64,000 bases of DNA from Polyangiales bacterium (GCA_038230375.1 JBBRNJ010000005.1:64001-128000); one strand, 5' to 3'. Shown: positions 44,213 to 54,911, counted from the stretch's first letter. Notes: generated by a model from the sequence alone, not told the origin. Made by a program: numbers and translations.

Positions 44213-45685
44213 ATGAGCACCGTCGCGGCGGAAAACTACTCAGGCACCATCCTGGACGTCGCGCCTGGCTCGTCGCTCGGCCCTTACGAGCTTCTCGTGC
44301 CCATCGCGACGGGCGGCATGGCGCGCGTGTGGGCTGCTCGGCGGCACGACACGCCGTCGCGGTTCGTTGCGATCAAGATGATCCTTCCGGATCTGGCAGA
44401 GGACGCCGGGTTCCAGACCATGTTCCAGGATGAAGCGCGGGTCGGCGTGCTGCTCCACCATCCGAACGTCTGCGAGACCTACGAGATCTCGCAGGTGAAG
44501 GGCATCCACTACCTTGCCATGGAGTGGGTGGACGGTACCTCGCTCCTTCGCTTGCTCCGTTCGCGCGTCGACGGCGACGACGCGGGTAGCATCGTACGCA
44601 TCCCGATCGATCCGCGCGTCGCTGCTCGCATCGTCTCGGACGCGTGCGCGGGTCTGCATGCTGCCCACGAGCTCGTGGACGAGCAGGGGCAGCCGCTCAA
44701 GCTCGTTCACCGCGACGCAACGCCGCACAACATCCTCATCACCGCGGATGGGCGCGTGAAGCTGAGTGACTTCGGCGTGGCGAAGGCGCTCGGCAACTCG
44801 CACGCAACGCTCGCCGGTCAGATCAAGGGCAAGGTCTCGTACATGTCACCGGAGCAGCTGTGCGGAGATCCGCTCGATCGCCGCGCTGACATCTTCGCGC
44901 TCGGCGTGTGTCTCTACGAGTCCATCGCCGGTCGCAAGGCCTTCATGGGCGAGAGCGATCCAGAGGTGATGAGCCAGATCATCCTCGGGCAGATCGAGCC
45001 GCCCAGCGCGTTCATGTCCAACGTGCCGCCCGAGCTCGATCAGATCATCGTTCATGCGATGCAGCTCTCGCCGGACGATCGCTTCCAGACCGCGCTTGCC
45101 ATGCGTGATGCGCTGGAGAGCTTCCTCGCGCGGAGCGGTCCACCGGTGGGCGCAAGCGACGTCGCAGCCGTGCTCGAGGTCCGTTGCGGTCGGGAGATCC
45201 ACGAGCGCCGCGACAACATCCGCCTTGCCTGCTCCGAGGACGGGCTCACCCAGGCGATGCCACCGTCCGATCCCCCCACGGAGATCTTCGTACCCGTCGA
45301 GGAGTCGTCCTCCACGCGGTCCGTTCCACGCGATCGCCCGCCGCCGTACGGCTGGGACGAGCCGTCGCCGTCGTCTGCTGGGCAGTTCGGGTTGCCGCCA
45401 CCGTCCAGTTCTTATGACTATGGTCCGCCGTCGGGCGGCCCGCCGGTCACCTTCCGAACTCCGGGCGTTCACGCGGATGGCAGCCAGGGCCGCAGCGCGC
45501 TCCGGTCGAACACGAACATCATTCTGCTCGCAGCGGGGCTTGCCGCGCTCGTCGGGATCGTCGGGGTCGTGATCGCGGTCCTGCTCTGGCGTCGCGCCGC
45601 GGGCTCACCAGACGCGCAACCCACGCCTCCCGCGCAGAGCGCGCCGCCGTCTCCCGTTCCAACGCAGCCGCAGTTCCTCCACTGA
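44213..45685 (+). CDS. membrane-anchored Ser/Thr protein kinase
   Basis: IATGGMARVW, VAIK, HRDATPHN, DFG, YMSPEQ; C-terminal TM helix. Confidence 0.95.
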   Translation: MSTVAAENYSGTILDVAPGSSLGPYELLVPIATGGMARVWAARRHDTPSRFVAIKMILPDLAEDAGFQTMFQDEARVGVLLHHPNVCETYEISQVKGIHYLAMEWVDGTSLLRLLRSRVDGDDAGSIVRIPIDPRVAARIVSDACAGLHAAHELVDEQGQPLKLVHRDATPHNILITADGRVKLSDFGVAKALGNSHATLAGQIKGKVSYMSPEQLCGDPLDRRADIFALGVCLYESIAGRKAFMGESDPEVMSQIILGQIEPPSAFMSNVPPELDQIIVHAMQLSPDDRFQTALAMRDALESFLARSGPPVGASDVAAVLEVRCGREIHERRDNIRLACSEDGLTQAMPPSDPPTEIFVPVEESSSTRSVPRDRPPPYGWDEPSPSSAGQFGLPPPSSSYDYGPPSGGPPVTFRTPGVHADGSQGRSALRSNTNIILLAAGLAALVGIVGVVIAVLLWRRAAGSPDAQPTPPAQSAPPSPVPTQPQFLH

Positions 45686-45695
45686 CCTGGCAAAC

Positions 45696-46478
45696 ATGGC
45701 GGCCCCCCTCATCTCGTTCGTCGATGCGAAGAAGCGCTTCGGGCCGAAGATCATCTTCGACGGCCTGACGCTCGCGTTCGAGCGCGGCACCACCACGACC
45801 ATCCTGGGCGCGTCGGGAAGCGGCAAGAGCGTGTTGCTCAAGATGCTCATCGGCCTCATCCCCGCGGACGGCGGGCAGATCCTGTTCGACGGACAGGACG
45901 TCACGCGCCTGGACGCGGACACGCTCTTCGCGGTGCGCCGTCGCATCGCATACCTGTTCCAGGGCGCCGCGCTGTTCGACTCGATGACGGTCGGTGAGAA
46001 CGTGGCTTACGGCTTGCGCGAGCAGTTCTACAAGACGATGTCGGAGGAAGAGATCGGTAGTCGCGTGGAGAGCGCGCTCGCGAGCGTGGGCTTGCCTGGC
46101 ATCCAGGCGATGCGCCCCTCGGACCTCTCCGGCGGCATGAAGAAGCGCGTCGGCCTGGCGCGCACGCTTGCCCTCGAGCCCGAGGTCATCCTCTACGACG
46201 AGCCCACGACGGGCCTCGACCCCATCAACACCGCGCGCATCAACCAGCTCATCCTGAGCATCAAGCGGCGCCTTGGCCTCACCAGTATCGTGGTCACTCA
46301 CGACATGGGCACCGCGTTCTCGGTGTCGGATCGCATCGTGATGCTCGGCAAGAACAAGGTCCTCATGGAGGGACCGCCCGACCTGTTCCGCACCACACCC
46401 GATCCCTACGTGCGCGATTTCATCGACGGAAAGGCCCCTGAAGTGGAAGACGTGGCCGTGCTACTCTCCTCTTCATAG
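45696..46478 (+). CDS. mlaF: ABC transporter ATP-binding protein, MlaF/Ttg2A family
   Basis: GASGSGKS, FQGAALFDS, LSGGMKKRVGLAR, YDEPTTGLDP, VTHD. Confidence 0.9.
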   Translation: MAAPLISFVDAKKRFGPKIIFDGLTLAFERGTTTTILGASGSGKSVLLKMLIGLIPADGGQILFDGQDVTRLDADTLFAVRRRIAYLFQGAALFDSMTVGENVAYGLREQFYKTMSEEEIGSRVESALASVGLPGIQAMRPSDLSGGMKKRVGLARTLALEPEVILYDEPTTGLDPINTARINQLILSIKRRLGLTSIVVTHDMGTAFSVSDRIVMLGKNKVLMEGPPDLFRTTPDPYVRDFIDGKAPEVEDVAVLLSSS

Positions 46479-46509
46479 GCCGCGAAGTCACGAGCGGCTT
46501 CTTTCTCTC

Positions 46510-47625
46510 ATGGGCAAGAACCTCAGAGTCGGTGCGTTCGTGTTGGTCGGGCTGCTCATCTCGGCCCTGATCATCTTCACCATCGGTGACACCCGGCGCG
46601 TCTGGGACCCGAAGTACTACTACAACACGGAGTTCTCGGATGTCGTCGGCCTGAAGGCGGGCTCGCCCGTGCGCATGGGCGGTCTGGACATTGGCAGCGT
46701 GGACTCCGTTTCGCACGGCTCGGACGCGAGCGACCCGAAGATCCACGTCCGCATCTCCGTCGCACGCAGTGAGGCACGACGCATTCGCGCCGACTCCGTG
46801 ATGAAGGTCGTGGCCAAGGGCCTTCTCGGCGACAAGATGGTGGAGGTCTCCGTGGGCTCCGCCGACCAGCCGACCGTGCCCGACGGCGGCCACCTCAAGT
46901 CGGACGAGCCAATCGATTTCTCCAAGTACCTCTCCAAGTTCGAGTCCATCGCGAACAAGACCGAGGCGACCGTCACGAACCTGGAGCGGGCAACGCGCAC
47001 GCTCGGCGATCCAAAGCTGAACGAGGACGTGAAGGCCACCGTGGAGAGCCTGCACGTGATCCTGGACGGCGTCGCGAACAACAAAGACGGCGCCGCGCAC
47101 AAGATCATCTTCGACCCCGAGCAGGCGAAGCGCATCGACCGCATCCTGGGCAACCTGGAGGCGACCACCGCCAACCTGAACGCCACGGCGGCGAACGTGG
47201 CCGCCGTCACCGGGCGCGTGAAGGACGGACCAGGCCTTGCGCACACCGTGCTGTACGACGACAAGACCGCGCAGGACGTCTCTGGCACGCTCGCGGAGGT
47301 CCACGACAGCCTCACCGCCGTGCGCACGGGCAACGGGCTCGCGCACGTCACCATCTACGGGGACGAGAACACGCAGCACGTGATGGCCAACGTGAGCGTC
47401 ATGACGGACGACCTGCGCACCATCATCGCCAACGTGAAGGCCGGCAAGGGCACCGTGGGTGCGCTGCTGGTGGACCCCAGCGTCTACGAGGATCTGAAGG
47501 CCGTCATAGGCAACGTGGAGCGCAACCAGGTGCTCCGTGCCATTGTTCGCTACTCGATCAAGCAGGACGAGGCGAAGAACCCCGAGCACGTCGAGACGCC
47601 GCCCGTCACGCCCCAGAAGAAGTAG
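46510..47625 (+). CDS. MlaD/MCE family protein
   Basis: N-terminal TM helix, GLKAGSPVRMGGLDIGSV, GLLGDKMVEV, helical C-terminus with GTVGALL. Confidence 0.9.
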   Translation: MGKNLRVGAFVLVGLLISALIIFTIGDTRRVWDPKYYYNTEFSDVVGLKAGSPVRMGGLDIGSVDSVSHGSDASDPKIHVRISVARSEARRIRADSVMKVVAKGLLGDKMVEVSVGSADQPTVPDGGHLKSDEPIDFSKYLSKFESIANKTEATVTNLERATRTLGDPKLNEDVKATVESLHVILDGVANNKDGAAHKIIFDPEQAKRIDRILGNLEATTANLNATAANVAAVTGRVKDGPGLAHTVLYDDKTAQDVSGTLAEVHDSLTAVRTGNGLAHVTIYGDENTQHVMANVSVMTDDLRTIIANVKAGKGTVGALLVDPSVYEDLKAVIGNVERNQVLRAIVRYSIKQDEAKNPEHVETPPVTPQKK

Positions 47626-47642
47626 CCCGACTCAGCCCGCCT

Positions 47643-49286
47643 TCACCCGGATAGCAGCGCCATCTTCAGGGCCGTGGGGTCCGCAACGATGAGGCTGTCC
47701 GTCGCGAAGTCCACCTGGATCATCGGATAGCGCGCGATCACGCTCATGATGCTCATGGCGATGGAGAGCCCAAGCTGCCCTTCGATCTCTCCGCACGCGC
47801 GCGTCCACCTTGTGGTGAACCCTCCCTCCGCGCGCGGGTCGCCAAAGGCTGTAAGATGCATGTAAATCTGCTTTGCGACGCGCGCCGGATTCACCGTGCC
47901 CATGTGGGTGACGCGCTTCTGCGTGTACAGGTCGCGGAAGCGCTGCGCCAGCAGGGTGGTCACGCTGCGCAGCCATGGCTTCACCTGCGCAAGCTCCGCC
48001 TCGAACACCTTGCGCGTGACCACGAGCACGGTGGTGTCCTCCACGCAGAGGATGGTCGCCGTGCGTGCGCCTTCGGTCAGGATGGCGGTCTCTCCGAAGA
48101 CGTCGCCCGGTCCGAGGCGCTGCATCACGCTCACCTGTCCGTCGATGATCTTGAGCACGTCGCACTTACCGCTGACGATGATGTACGCGCTGTCGCCGCG
48201 CTCGCCCTCGCGCATGACATACGCGCCCTTCGGGAACGTGGTCTTGGGGAACTCCGCGCCTCCGCGCATGAACCGGACGACGTCGTCCTTGAGCTCGCGC
48301 ATAGACGCGTAGCGGTCCACGGGAGCCTTCTGCATGGCGCGCTCGATGATGCGCTCGAGCTCCGGTGGCACGTCCTTCGCGACCTGCGACAGCGGCTCGG
48401 GCTTGCACTCGAGCGCGCATTTCAGCGTCTCGTCGAAGCTGGTGGAGAGGAAGGGCGGCCTGCGCGCGATGATCTCGTAGAGCACCGCGCCCACCAGGAA
48501 CACATCCGAACGTGCGTCGAGTGAGCTGCGATTGCCGCTGGCCTGCTCGGGTGACATGTAGCTTGCCGTGCCGATGACGGCGTCGTTCGTCTCGATGGGA
48601 GCCTGACCCGACGCAGGCGGTGTGCCATGAAGGCTGGGTGGCGGTATGGTTCCAGCAGTGTTGCTGACCAGGCGGGCAATGCCCCAGTCCATCAAGTAGA
48701 CCTCGCCGAAGTCACCCACCATCACGTTCGCGGGCTTCACGTCGCAGTGCAGGACGCCGCGGCTGTGCGCGAACGAGAGCGCATCCATGACCTTGATGGC
48801 GACGTCGAGCAGGTTCCAGAGCGCGGACGTCTCGAGCGGACCTTCGGGCAGTGAGCGGATGACGTCGCGGAGGGAGAGGCCCTCCACCATCTTCATGGTG
48901 AAATAGAGCTGGCCGCCCGGGTCCTCGCCGATGTCGTAGACGGGAACGATGTTCGGGTGGTCGAGCACTCCATTCACGCGCGCCTCGCGCAGGAACATGC
49001 GCACGACGTTGCGATTGCTCGCAAGGTGACTGTGCAGCACCTTCTTTGCGACGTGACGCACGAGCGCGCGATCGGTGGCCAGGTGAATGGTGCCCATGCC
49101 ACCCGCCGCGATGTTCTTCTCCGTGACCAGCCGCGCCTCTGGCCGCGTGCGGATCTCCTTCAGGACGGACTCGACGTCGTTCGCGTCCAGGCGATCCGGA
49201 GACGTCGCGCGACCCTCCAGCGAGTTCGGCGGCATGGGCCGATCGAGCACCGTTGCGTTCGGATCTTTTGTGTCGGGTCTGCTCAC
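47643..49286 (-). CDS. Ser/Thr kinase fused to a cNMP-binding domain and a Crp-like C-terminal domain
   Basis: GGMG, HCDVKPAN, DWG, YMSPEQ; then EGERGDSAYII, FGETAIL, RTAT. Confidence 0.92.
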   Translation of the reverse strand: MSRPDTKDPNATVLDRPMPPNSLEGRATSPDRLDANDVESVLKEIRTRPEARLVTEKNIAAGGMGTIHLATDRALVRHVAKKVLHSHLASNRNVVRMFLREARVNGVLDHPNIVPVYDIGEDPGGQLYFTMKMVEGLSLRDVIRSLPEGPLETSALWNLLDVAIKVMDALSFAHSRGVLHCDVKPANVMVGDFGEVYLMDWGIARLVSNTAGTIPPPSLHGTPPASGQAPIETNDAVIGTASYMSPEQASGNRSSLDARSDVFLVGAVLYEIIARRPPFLSTSFDETLKCALECKPEPLSQVAKDVPPELERIIERAMQKAPVDRYASMRELKDDVVRFMRGGAEFPKTTFPKGAYVMREGERGDSAYIIVSGKCDVLKIIDGQVSVMQRLGPGDVFGETAILTEGARTATILCVEDTTVLVVTRKVFEAELAQVKPWLRSVTTLLAQRFRDLYTQKRVTHMGTVNPARVAKQIYMHLTAFGDPRAEGGFTTRWTRACGEIEGQLGLSIAMSIMSVIARYPMIQVDFATDSLIVADPTALKMALLSG

Positions 49287-49310
49287 GGGCCGCGATCAAT
49301 CCAGACTATC

Positions 49311-50312
49311 TCAGTCATGTATTTGCGCAATGAGGTCCGCGAGCGCGAAAACCGTGAGCGGCGAGCAGCCTTCCGCCTTGTTGTTCACGATGATGAACGC
49401 CTGCTTCGCACCGACAGCCGCAGCCGCGCGGACCAGGTCCACCACGTCCGCGCGCATCCCGGGCTGCGGCATCTGGATGCGATTGAAGGGCTCGAACGCG
49501 GCCTTCTGATCTTCGTACCGCACGAACGGCGGGAGCATGAGGCGGCTCACCACGAAGTCGGCGGTGAGCGAGTCGCGCATGCGCAGCTGCGTACCAACGG
49601 TGGGCATGCCCGTCCAGAAGCTGAACACGTGCGCCGCGCCATGCGACCGGAGGAGAGCGAAGTAGTCCGGGCAGAGGAGCTCCTTGTTTCGCACCTCGAT
49701 CGCGAGCTGCAGATGCTTCGGCATCGCCGACAGGAATGCGTCGATGCGGCCGAGGATGCGCGCGAGTGAGGGGGCGCGTGCGGCAGGAAATGGCGGGATC
49801 TCCAGCACGAACGGCCCAAGGTGCTCCGCAAAGGCCTCGTCGAATGGCGCAAGGACGTCGACCATGAACCGCTCCACATCCATGAACCCGTGGTTCACCG
49901 TGCCCGCGCGCTTGCCGTAGCGCGCGTGCGGCGGGAAGACGACGGTCGTGATCTCCTCCCACACCTTCGAGATGGGGCGGAAGCCCGGTGCGTCCGAGAG
50001 GTCGGCCGCATAGCGACGAAGGTCGTCCGCCGTGAGCGGGCCGTAGTAGCTGCGATCGATGCCCACAGTGCGAAGGAGTGGGTGCGCGGCGTACGCGCGG
50101 AGGCCGTGCGCGATCAACGCCTCACGCGAGGGCGCGCCCGCGTAGACCAGATTGTTCCATCCGGGGAACGTCCAGCTGCTCGTGCCAAGGCGAATCCACG
50201 GCGGGATGCGCGCTGCGAGCAACGTCGCGGCCTCGGTCACATACGGCTGTACGGAGAGCTCTGGCTTCTCGAGAGCGGGCTCCTCGAAGAGTCTGAGCTG
50301 CTTCTTGTCCAC
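49311..50312 (-). CDS. DUF72 domain protein
   Basis: RLGTSSWTFPGW, TVGIDRSYY, AIEVRN, VNNKAEG. Confidence 0.9.
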   Translation of the reverse strand: MDKKQLRLFEEPALEKPELSVQPYVTEAATLLAARIPPWIRLGTSSWTFPGWNNLVYAGAPSREALIAHGLRAYAAHPLLRTVGIDRSYYGPLTADDLRRYAADLSDAPGFRPISKVWEEITTVVFPPHARYGKRAGTVNHGFMDVERFMVDVLAPFDEAFAEHLGPFVLEIPPFPAARAPSLARILGRIDAFLSAMPKHLQLAIEVRNKELLCPDYFALLRSHGAAHVFSFWTGMPTVGTQLRMRDSLTADFVVSRLMLPPFVRYEDQKAAFEPFNRIQMPQPGMRADVVDLVRAAAAVGAKQAFIIVNNKAEGCSPLTVFALADLIAQIHD

Positions 50313-50313
50313 G

Positions 50314-50901
50314 TCACTCCGGGCGGATGTGTCCGCCGACCGGGTGCCGGTTCTCCCAGTAGCGCTCGCTGGACCCCTGGCGCATGATCGTCAGGCGGAG
50401 CAGGTCCACGCCCACGAGCACGTTGATGCCGCGCGTGTACGGTCCGTCGCCGGTCAGGTTGTAGAAGTCGCCGCCGACAGAGAGCTCGATGCCCCACGGA
50501 GCGCCGCCCACGATGCGCGCTTGAATTGGCCATTTTCCCGAGTCGCCGTTGCCCCACGTGCGGAAGCCGGGGCCCACGTCCAGCGCCAGGCCGTAGTCAC
50601 CGCGCGCGAAGCCGCCGCTTGCGGCTCGGATGTTGAGCCCCAGGTCGGTGCCGAGCGTGGGGTAGGTGGTGAGGCGAAAGAGGCCGCCGAGCACGAGCCG
50701 GTTTGCGGGAGAAGAACCCACGCCGAGCGCGAAGGAGATCGCGCCGGCCTTGTTGTCGCGCTGGGCGATCGCATCGTGCTGCAACGACCAACCGCCAGCC
50801 ACGGAGAGGAAGGAAGAAGGCTCGGCATGCGCGCGCCCGGCGAACAGGGTGAGCGAAGCCATGGCGGTGGTGAAAAGGGCAAAGCGACCGAGGGAACGCA
50901 C
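50314..50901 (-). CDS. exported protein, possibly a small outer-membrane beta-barrel
   Basis: Signal peptide ending AHA; alternating Gly/hydrophobic strands. Confidence 0.65.
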   Translation of the reverse strand: MRSLGRFALFTTAMASLTLFAGRAHAEPSSFLSVAGGWSLQHDAIAQRDNKAGAISFALGVGSSPANRLVLGGLFRLTTYPTLGTDLGLNIRAASGGFARGDYGLALDVGPGFRTWGNGDSGKWPIQARIVGGAPWGIELSVGGDFYNLTGDGPYTRGINVLVGVDLLRLTIMRQGSSERYWENRHPVGGHIRPE

Positions 50902-50936
50902 GCCCCAGGATTATCACACCTCGCCAAGGGCGTGGG

Positions 50937-51641
50937 TCAGCGCGTGCGGACGCGCTGGATGATCGTCCGGACCGAGACGTCGTCGTAGAGCAACGTGTTG
51001 TGGCCTCGGCCCGGAAGTGTGACGACATCACCGCGCGGGAAGATCGCGCTCTTCGCGGGGACGATCAGCGCGTCCTCGCCCGCCACGATGGACGTGTGCG
51101 GCACCTCGAACTCGTGCGCGCGGCTCCGCAGCTTGCGAAGGATGTGGCTCTCCGTGGTGAGCGCCGCGCCGATCAGGATGGGGAGGGTGTTCGCGTGCTT
51201 GGTCCCCGAGAAGGGGCTCGCAAGTGAGATGGTCTGCACCACACGCTCGTGGCCGCCCAGCTCCTGCACGTACCAGCGCGCCACGAGACCGCCGAGACTG
51301 TGACCGACAAGGTGGATGCGCGCGCCGCCATGGATGCGGTCGATGACCTTCTTCAGGCTCTTCGCGATCCGCGGCACGCTCTGCAGCGGCGCATGAGAGA
51401 AGCTGGCTACGTGCGCAAAGGCCTCTTGCTCCAGGCGCTTGCGCATGGGTCGGAACACGCCGGCACTCGCCATGAAGCCGTGGATGAGGACCACGACGTC
51501 CTCACCATCACGCGCCTCGGGGACGATCGGCAGGATGTCCCGCGGCATCAGCACGACCTCTCGCAGCGTCGCGAGGGTCTCCGTCACGTGCGGGAAGCGC
51601 GGTGCAGGCAGTGAATCCGTCCACGATCGCATGAGCATCAT
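50937..51641 (-). CDS. alpha/beta hydrolase (lipase/esterase-like)
   Basis: VLIHGF, GHSLGG, LASPFSGT, GHNTLL; start among three nearby ATGs. Confidence 0.88.
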   Translation of the reverse strand: MMLMRSWTDSLPAPRFPHVTETLATLREVVLMPRDILPIVPEARDGEDVVVLIHGFMASAGVFRPMRKRLEQEAFAHVASFSHAPLQSVPRIAKSLKKVIDRIHGGARIHLVGHSLGGLVARWYVQELGGHERVVQTISLASPFSGTKHANTLPILIGAALTTESHILRKLRSRAHEFEVPHTSIVAGEDALIVPAKSAIFPRGDVVTLPGRGHNTLLYDDVSVRTIIQRVRTR

Positions 51642-51845
51642 TCAAGGAAGCACGACCCATGCGCGGTGGCCCAATTTGACGACGCCCGCTCCTGCGGCCG
51701 CGTTTTCACCTTTGAAATGCGCGCCGCTGCGATCAGCGCTTCGCGGTCCATCCGTCTGGTGCGAATGGGCCGTGACGGCGCCTCGGTCGGTTGGCGTCGT
51801 TCAGCGTGAGGCAGTGTGCGACGAGCGCGAAGCCGTTCGAAGACG

Positions 51846-52286
51846 TCAGCGCGGGTCGCGCGCGCACCCATCGGGGATCGCCTGTATGAGGCGACCGCAT
51901 GGCTGCGAGCCACGAAACCCCCGGCGTGCGCATTCGTCGTTCGCCCACGTGGCCATCTTGAAGATGTCGGTGCGCTCGGGCACGTCCTTGCAGGTCCCGT
52001 CCTCCTGTGCGACGCCCATGCACGACGTGAGCGCGATCTTGTTGCCGGCCTCGCAGACGAAGTCGAACGTGCCGCAGTCCTTCAGGTGCGAGAGCGCTTC
52101 GTCCACGCACTGACCCTTCGTATGCGTGGCGCCGAACCGGGTGCCGTTCTCCTGCGCCTGCTTGCCGGTGGCGGCGAACTTGTCCTTGTTGGCAGAGGCC
52201 CACCACACGACGCCGCCAACGAGCAGGGCAAGTCCGAGCACCCCGGCGCCGATCACGATGAGCACGACCTTCAGCCACTTCGGCAT
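51846..52286 (-). CDS. membrane-anchored Cys-rich hypothetical protein
   Basis: N-terminal TM helix, 8 Cys; SD GAGG. Confidence 0.75.
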   Translation of the reverse strand: MPKWLKVVLIVIGAGVLGLALLVGGVVWWASANKDKFAATGKQAQENGTRFGATHTKGQCVDEALSHLKDCGTFDFVCEAGNKIALTSCMGVAQEDGTCKDVPERTDIFKMATWANDECARRGFRGSQPCGRLIQAIPDGCARDPR

Positions 52287-52302
52287 GATGACCTCACGTT
52301 TC

Positions 52303-52812
52303 TCATAGCCCCTGGTCGATCGCGTCGATGATGCCGCGCACCTCGACCGCGGTCTCGAGCTCGGGTCGGGCCTCCAGGTAGGCGGCGAGGTGCCGCCTGG
52401 CCGCGGCCTTGTCGCCCCGCGCGTAGTACGCCATCCCCACGGCGTAGAGGGCGTCGGAGTCGCCGGGTTGCTGCTCCAGCGCGACCATTCCTTCCTTGAT
52501 CGCCTCGCGGTAGTCACCCAGCTGACGGAGCACGTGCGACAGCGACACGCGCGCGCCCACGTACCCAGGCGCGAGCTTCAGCGCAGCACGATAGGCGTCA
52601 CGCGCTGGCTCCATCTCGCCGCTCTCGAACATGGCCACGCCGACCCAGTTGTACGCGTAGGAGTTCTTCGCGTCTTTCTCGAGCACGCGGCGGAGCGCGT
52701 CGAGTGCGTCGCGATAGTGCTCTTCGACGATGAGCTCCACGGCCTCTTCGACCGCGTCCCATCGAGCGGCGTCTTCCGGGTCCGTGAAGGTGGGTGCTTT
52801 GATCTCGGCCAT
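52303..52812 (-). CDS. tetratricopeptide repeat protein
   Basis: Several 34-aa TPR patterns (AYNWVGVAMF..., ALYAVGMAYY...). Confidence 0.88.
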   Translation of the reverse strand: MAEIKAPTFTDPEDAARWDAVEEAVELIVEEHYRDALDALRRVLEKDAKNSYAYNWVGVAMFESGEMEPARDAYRAALKLAPGYVGARVSLSHVLRQLGDYREAIKEGMVALEQQPGDSDALYAVGMAYYARGDKAAARRHLAAYLEARPELETAVEVRGIIDAIDQGL

Positions 52813-52892
52813 CTGTGGTCACCTGCGGTGTTCCGGCTGTATAGCCCGAAATCGCCGCGATCGCCGCTCCTTGTGCGCTGTACTCTCGCGCC

Positions 52893-54911
52893 GTGCGTCC
52901 CAAGGGCGATGCGAGAGAGAAGCTTGGGATCGCGCTCATCACGGGCGCGCTCGCGGCGCTGTTCTGGATACCGGCGGCTGCGCGCACGGGCGGTGCGTTC
53001 CCGGCGCCGCTGGACGACGTGTACATCCACTTCGACTACGCGCGCGCGCTTGCGCAGGGCAGCCCGTTTGCGTGGCTGTCCGGTCAGGGGTACTCGTCTG
53101 GCGAGACAGCGCCGCTCTACGCATGTCTCCTGTCGCTGGGCTGGCTCGTGGGCTTTCGCGGAAGCGCGCTCGGCTGGTTCGCAGGTGCCATTGCGCTCGT
53201 GTCCGTGTACTCGGGCCTGCGCGCCGCGGCGCGGATCCTTCGCGACCTGTGTCTGCCGGCCCGGCTGGTCGGGCTTCTTCTGCTGGCCTCTGCGTCCGTC
53301 ACGCCGTGGCTCCTCTTCTCCGGCATGGAAGGGGCGCTGTATTTTGCATGCATGATGCATGCAGTTGCTGCATACGACCAGCTCACGCGAGAGAGAGGCG
53401 GTCCGCATCCGAGAAGCGGACGGAGCCGGGCGTCGCAGCTCTCGCATCTGGGGTGGCTCTCCGTCGCGATGTTCCTGCTCCGCCCGGAGTCGCTGACGCT
53501 CACATGGCTCTTCGCCGTGGGCGTGGGGCGAGCGCAGCGTGGTCCACACGCGCTGCCGGCGATCGCGCGCGTGGCGCTACCGACCATCGTCGCGCTCGGG
53601 CTCTTCGCGCTGATGAACCAGGCTTTCACGGGCTATCCGGAGGCGGCGGGCGCGAAGCTGAAGCTGCTCTCCGAGAATCCGTACCTCTCGAACGTGGACC
53701 GGGCGCGCGAGCTCGCGCTCAATCTCTTCCACTTCGGTGCACGTGCGCTGGGCCAGGAGCTGTCGTCCTTCGGCCGCGCCTCCTCCGTGCTCGTGGGGCT
53801 CGGCGTGGTCGCGCTCCTGTCGCGGCGGACCCGGAGCACGGCGGCGGTCTGCCTCGTGGGTGGGCTCGCGTTCGCACTGCTCGTGTCGTGGAACGGCGCC
53901 GCGCGCTACCAGAACTTCCGCTACTACGTCCCGGCGATCTCCCTGCTGGTCCTCTGCGCGCTGCTCGGTGCGTCGCGCCTCTCACGCCCGCGCGGCCTGT
54001 GGATCCCCGTCGCCATCGCGATGGGTCTCTACACGTTCATGGCGGTGCCCAGCGTGCGCGCGCAAAGCGTGTACTTTGCACGTTGTGCGGCGAACATACG
54101 CTGGCAACAGGTCCAGGTCGGCGTGCGCGTCGGAAGCGAGCTACCGGCAGAGGCGATCGTGCTCGTGGGAGATGCGGGCGCGATTCCGTACGTGTCGGGG
54201 CGTCGTGCCGTGGATGCGATCGGCCTGGGCGGCTACCACGGCGTGCCGTTCGTGCTCGCCGCGACCCAGGGCGAGGCGGCCACCGTGGAGCTGATCGAGA
54301 GGCTGCCACTGGACCTTCGGCCCACGCACATGGCGCTGTTCCCGAACTGGTTCCCGGGGCTGACGCAGCGGTTCGGTCACGAGCTGTTCCGCGTCACGGT
54401 GGGCGACGTGGCGATCTCGGGCGGCCCGGTGAAAGCAGTGTACGCGGCCGACTGGTCCGCGCTCGCGTCGCCGGACGAGGGCCGCGAGCCACGAACGCCG
54501 GCCGTGCTCGACGAGCTCGACGTGTGCGATGTGCTGTCGGAGCGCGCGCACGACTACGTCAGCCCGGCGCCGCGAGGCGGGTGGACCACGCTGGACGTCC
54601 GCGATGACGGCGTCCATCGCGCGCGATTCGACGGCGGCCGCACCATTCCGCCAGGTGAAGCCGAGACGTTCGTCATCCACGCGGAGGGCAGGCTCACCCT
54701 CGTTGCACGCTGGGACGTGGACAGCGGGCGAGACAGGGACGCACCGGCGATCCTCGTGGGTGACACGCTGATCGCGGCGCCGCTCGCGCTGAAGAGGCCG
54801 GGCTACTTCACGGACGTTCGTATACCCCTCGGTGATGTCCGCAAGGACACGCGCATCATCGTGCAAGCGGGCAACGCGACGCTGCACAGCTACCACTACT
54901 GGCTGGAGTGA
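52893..54911 (+). CDS. GT-C fold glycosyltransferase-like membrane protein, paralog of 23349-25649
   Basis: APLDDVYIHFDYAR, GYSSG, SGME, LRPE, GDAGAI, GLGGYH, FDGGR shared with the paralog. Confidence 0.75.
   Translation: MRPKGDAREKLGIALITGALAALFWIPAAARTGGAFPAPLDDVYIHFDYARALAQGSPFAWLSGQGYSSGETAPLYACLLSLGWLVGFRGSALGWFAGAIALVSVYSGLRAAARILRDLCLPARLVGLLLLASASVTPWLLFSGMEGALYFACMMHAVAAYDQLTRERGGPHPRSGRSRASQLSHLGWLSVAMFLLRPESLTLTWLFAVGVGRAQRGPHALPAIARVALPTIVALGLFALMNQAFTGYPEAAGAKLKLLSENPYLSNVDRARELALNLFHFGARALGQELSSFGRASSVLVGLGVVALLSRRTRSTAAVCLVGGLAFALLVSWNGAARYQNFRYYVPAISLLVLCALLGASRLSRPRGLWIPVAIAMGLYTFMAVPSVRAQSVYFARCAANIRWQQVQVGVRVGSELPAEAIVLVGDAGAIPYVSGRRAVDAIGLGGYHGVPFVLAATQGEAATVELIERLPLDLRPTHMALFPNWFPGLTQRFGHELFRVTVGDVAISGGPVKAVYAADWSALASPDEGREPRTPAVLDELDVCDVLSERAHDYVSPAPRGGWTTLDVRDDGVHRARFDGGRTIPPGEAETFVIHAEGRLTLVARWDVDSGRDRDAPAILVGDTLIAAPLALKRPGYFTDVRIPLGDVRKDTRIIVQAGNATLHSYHYWLE

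Noticed and set aside
46477..46504. Terminator-like hairpin between mlaF and the MlaD gene; mlaE absent
   Set aside because: Short stem with a 10-nt loop inside a likely operon; split mla loci are not unusual.
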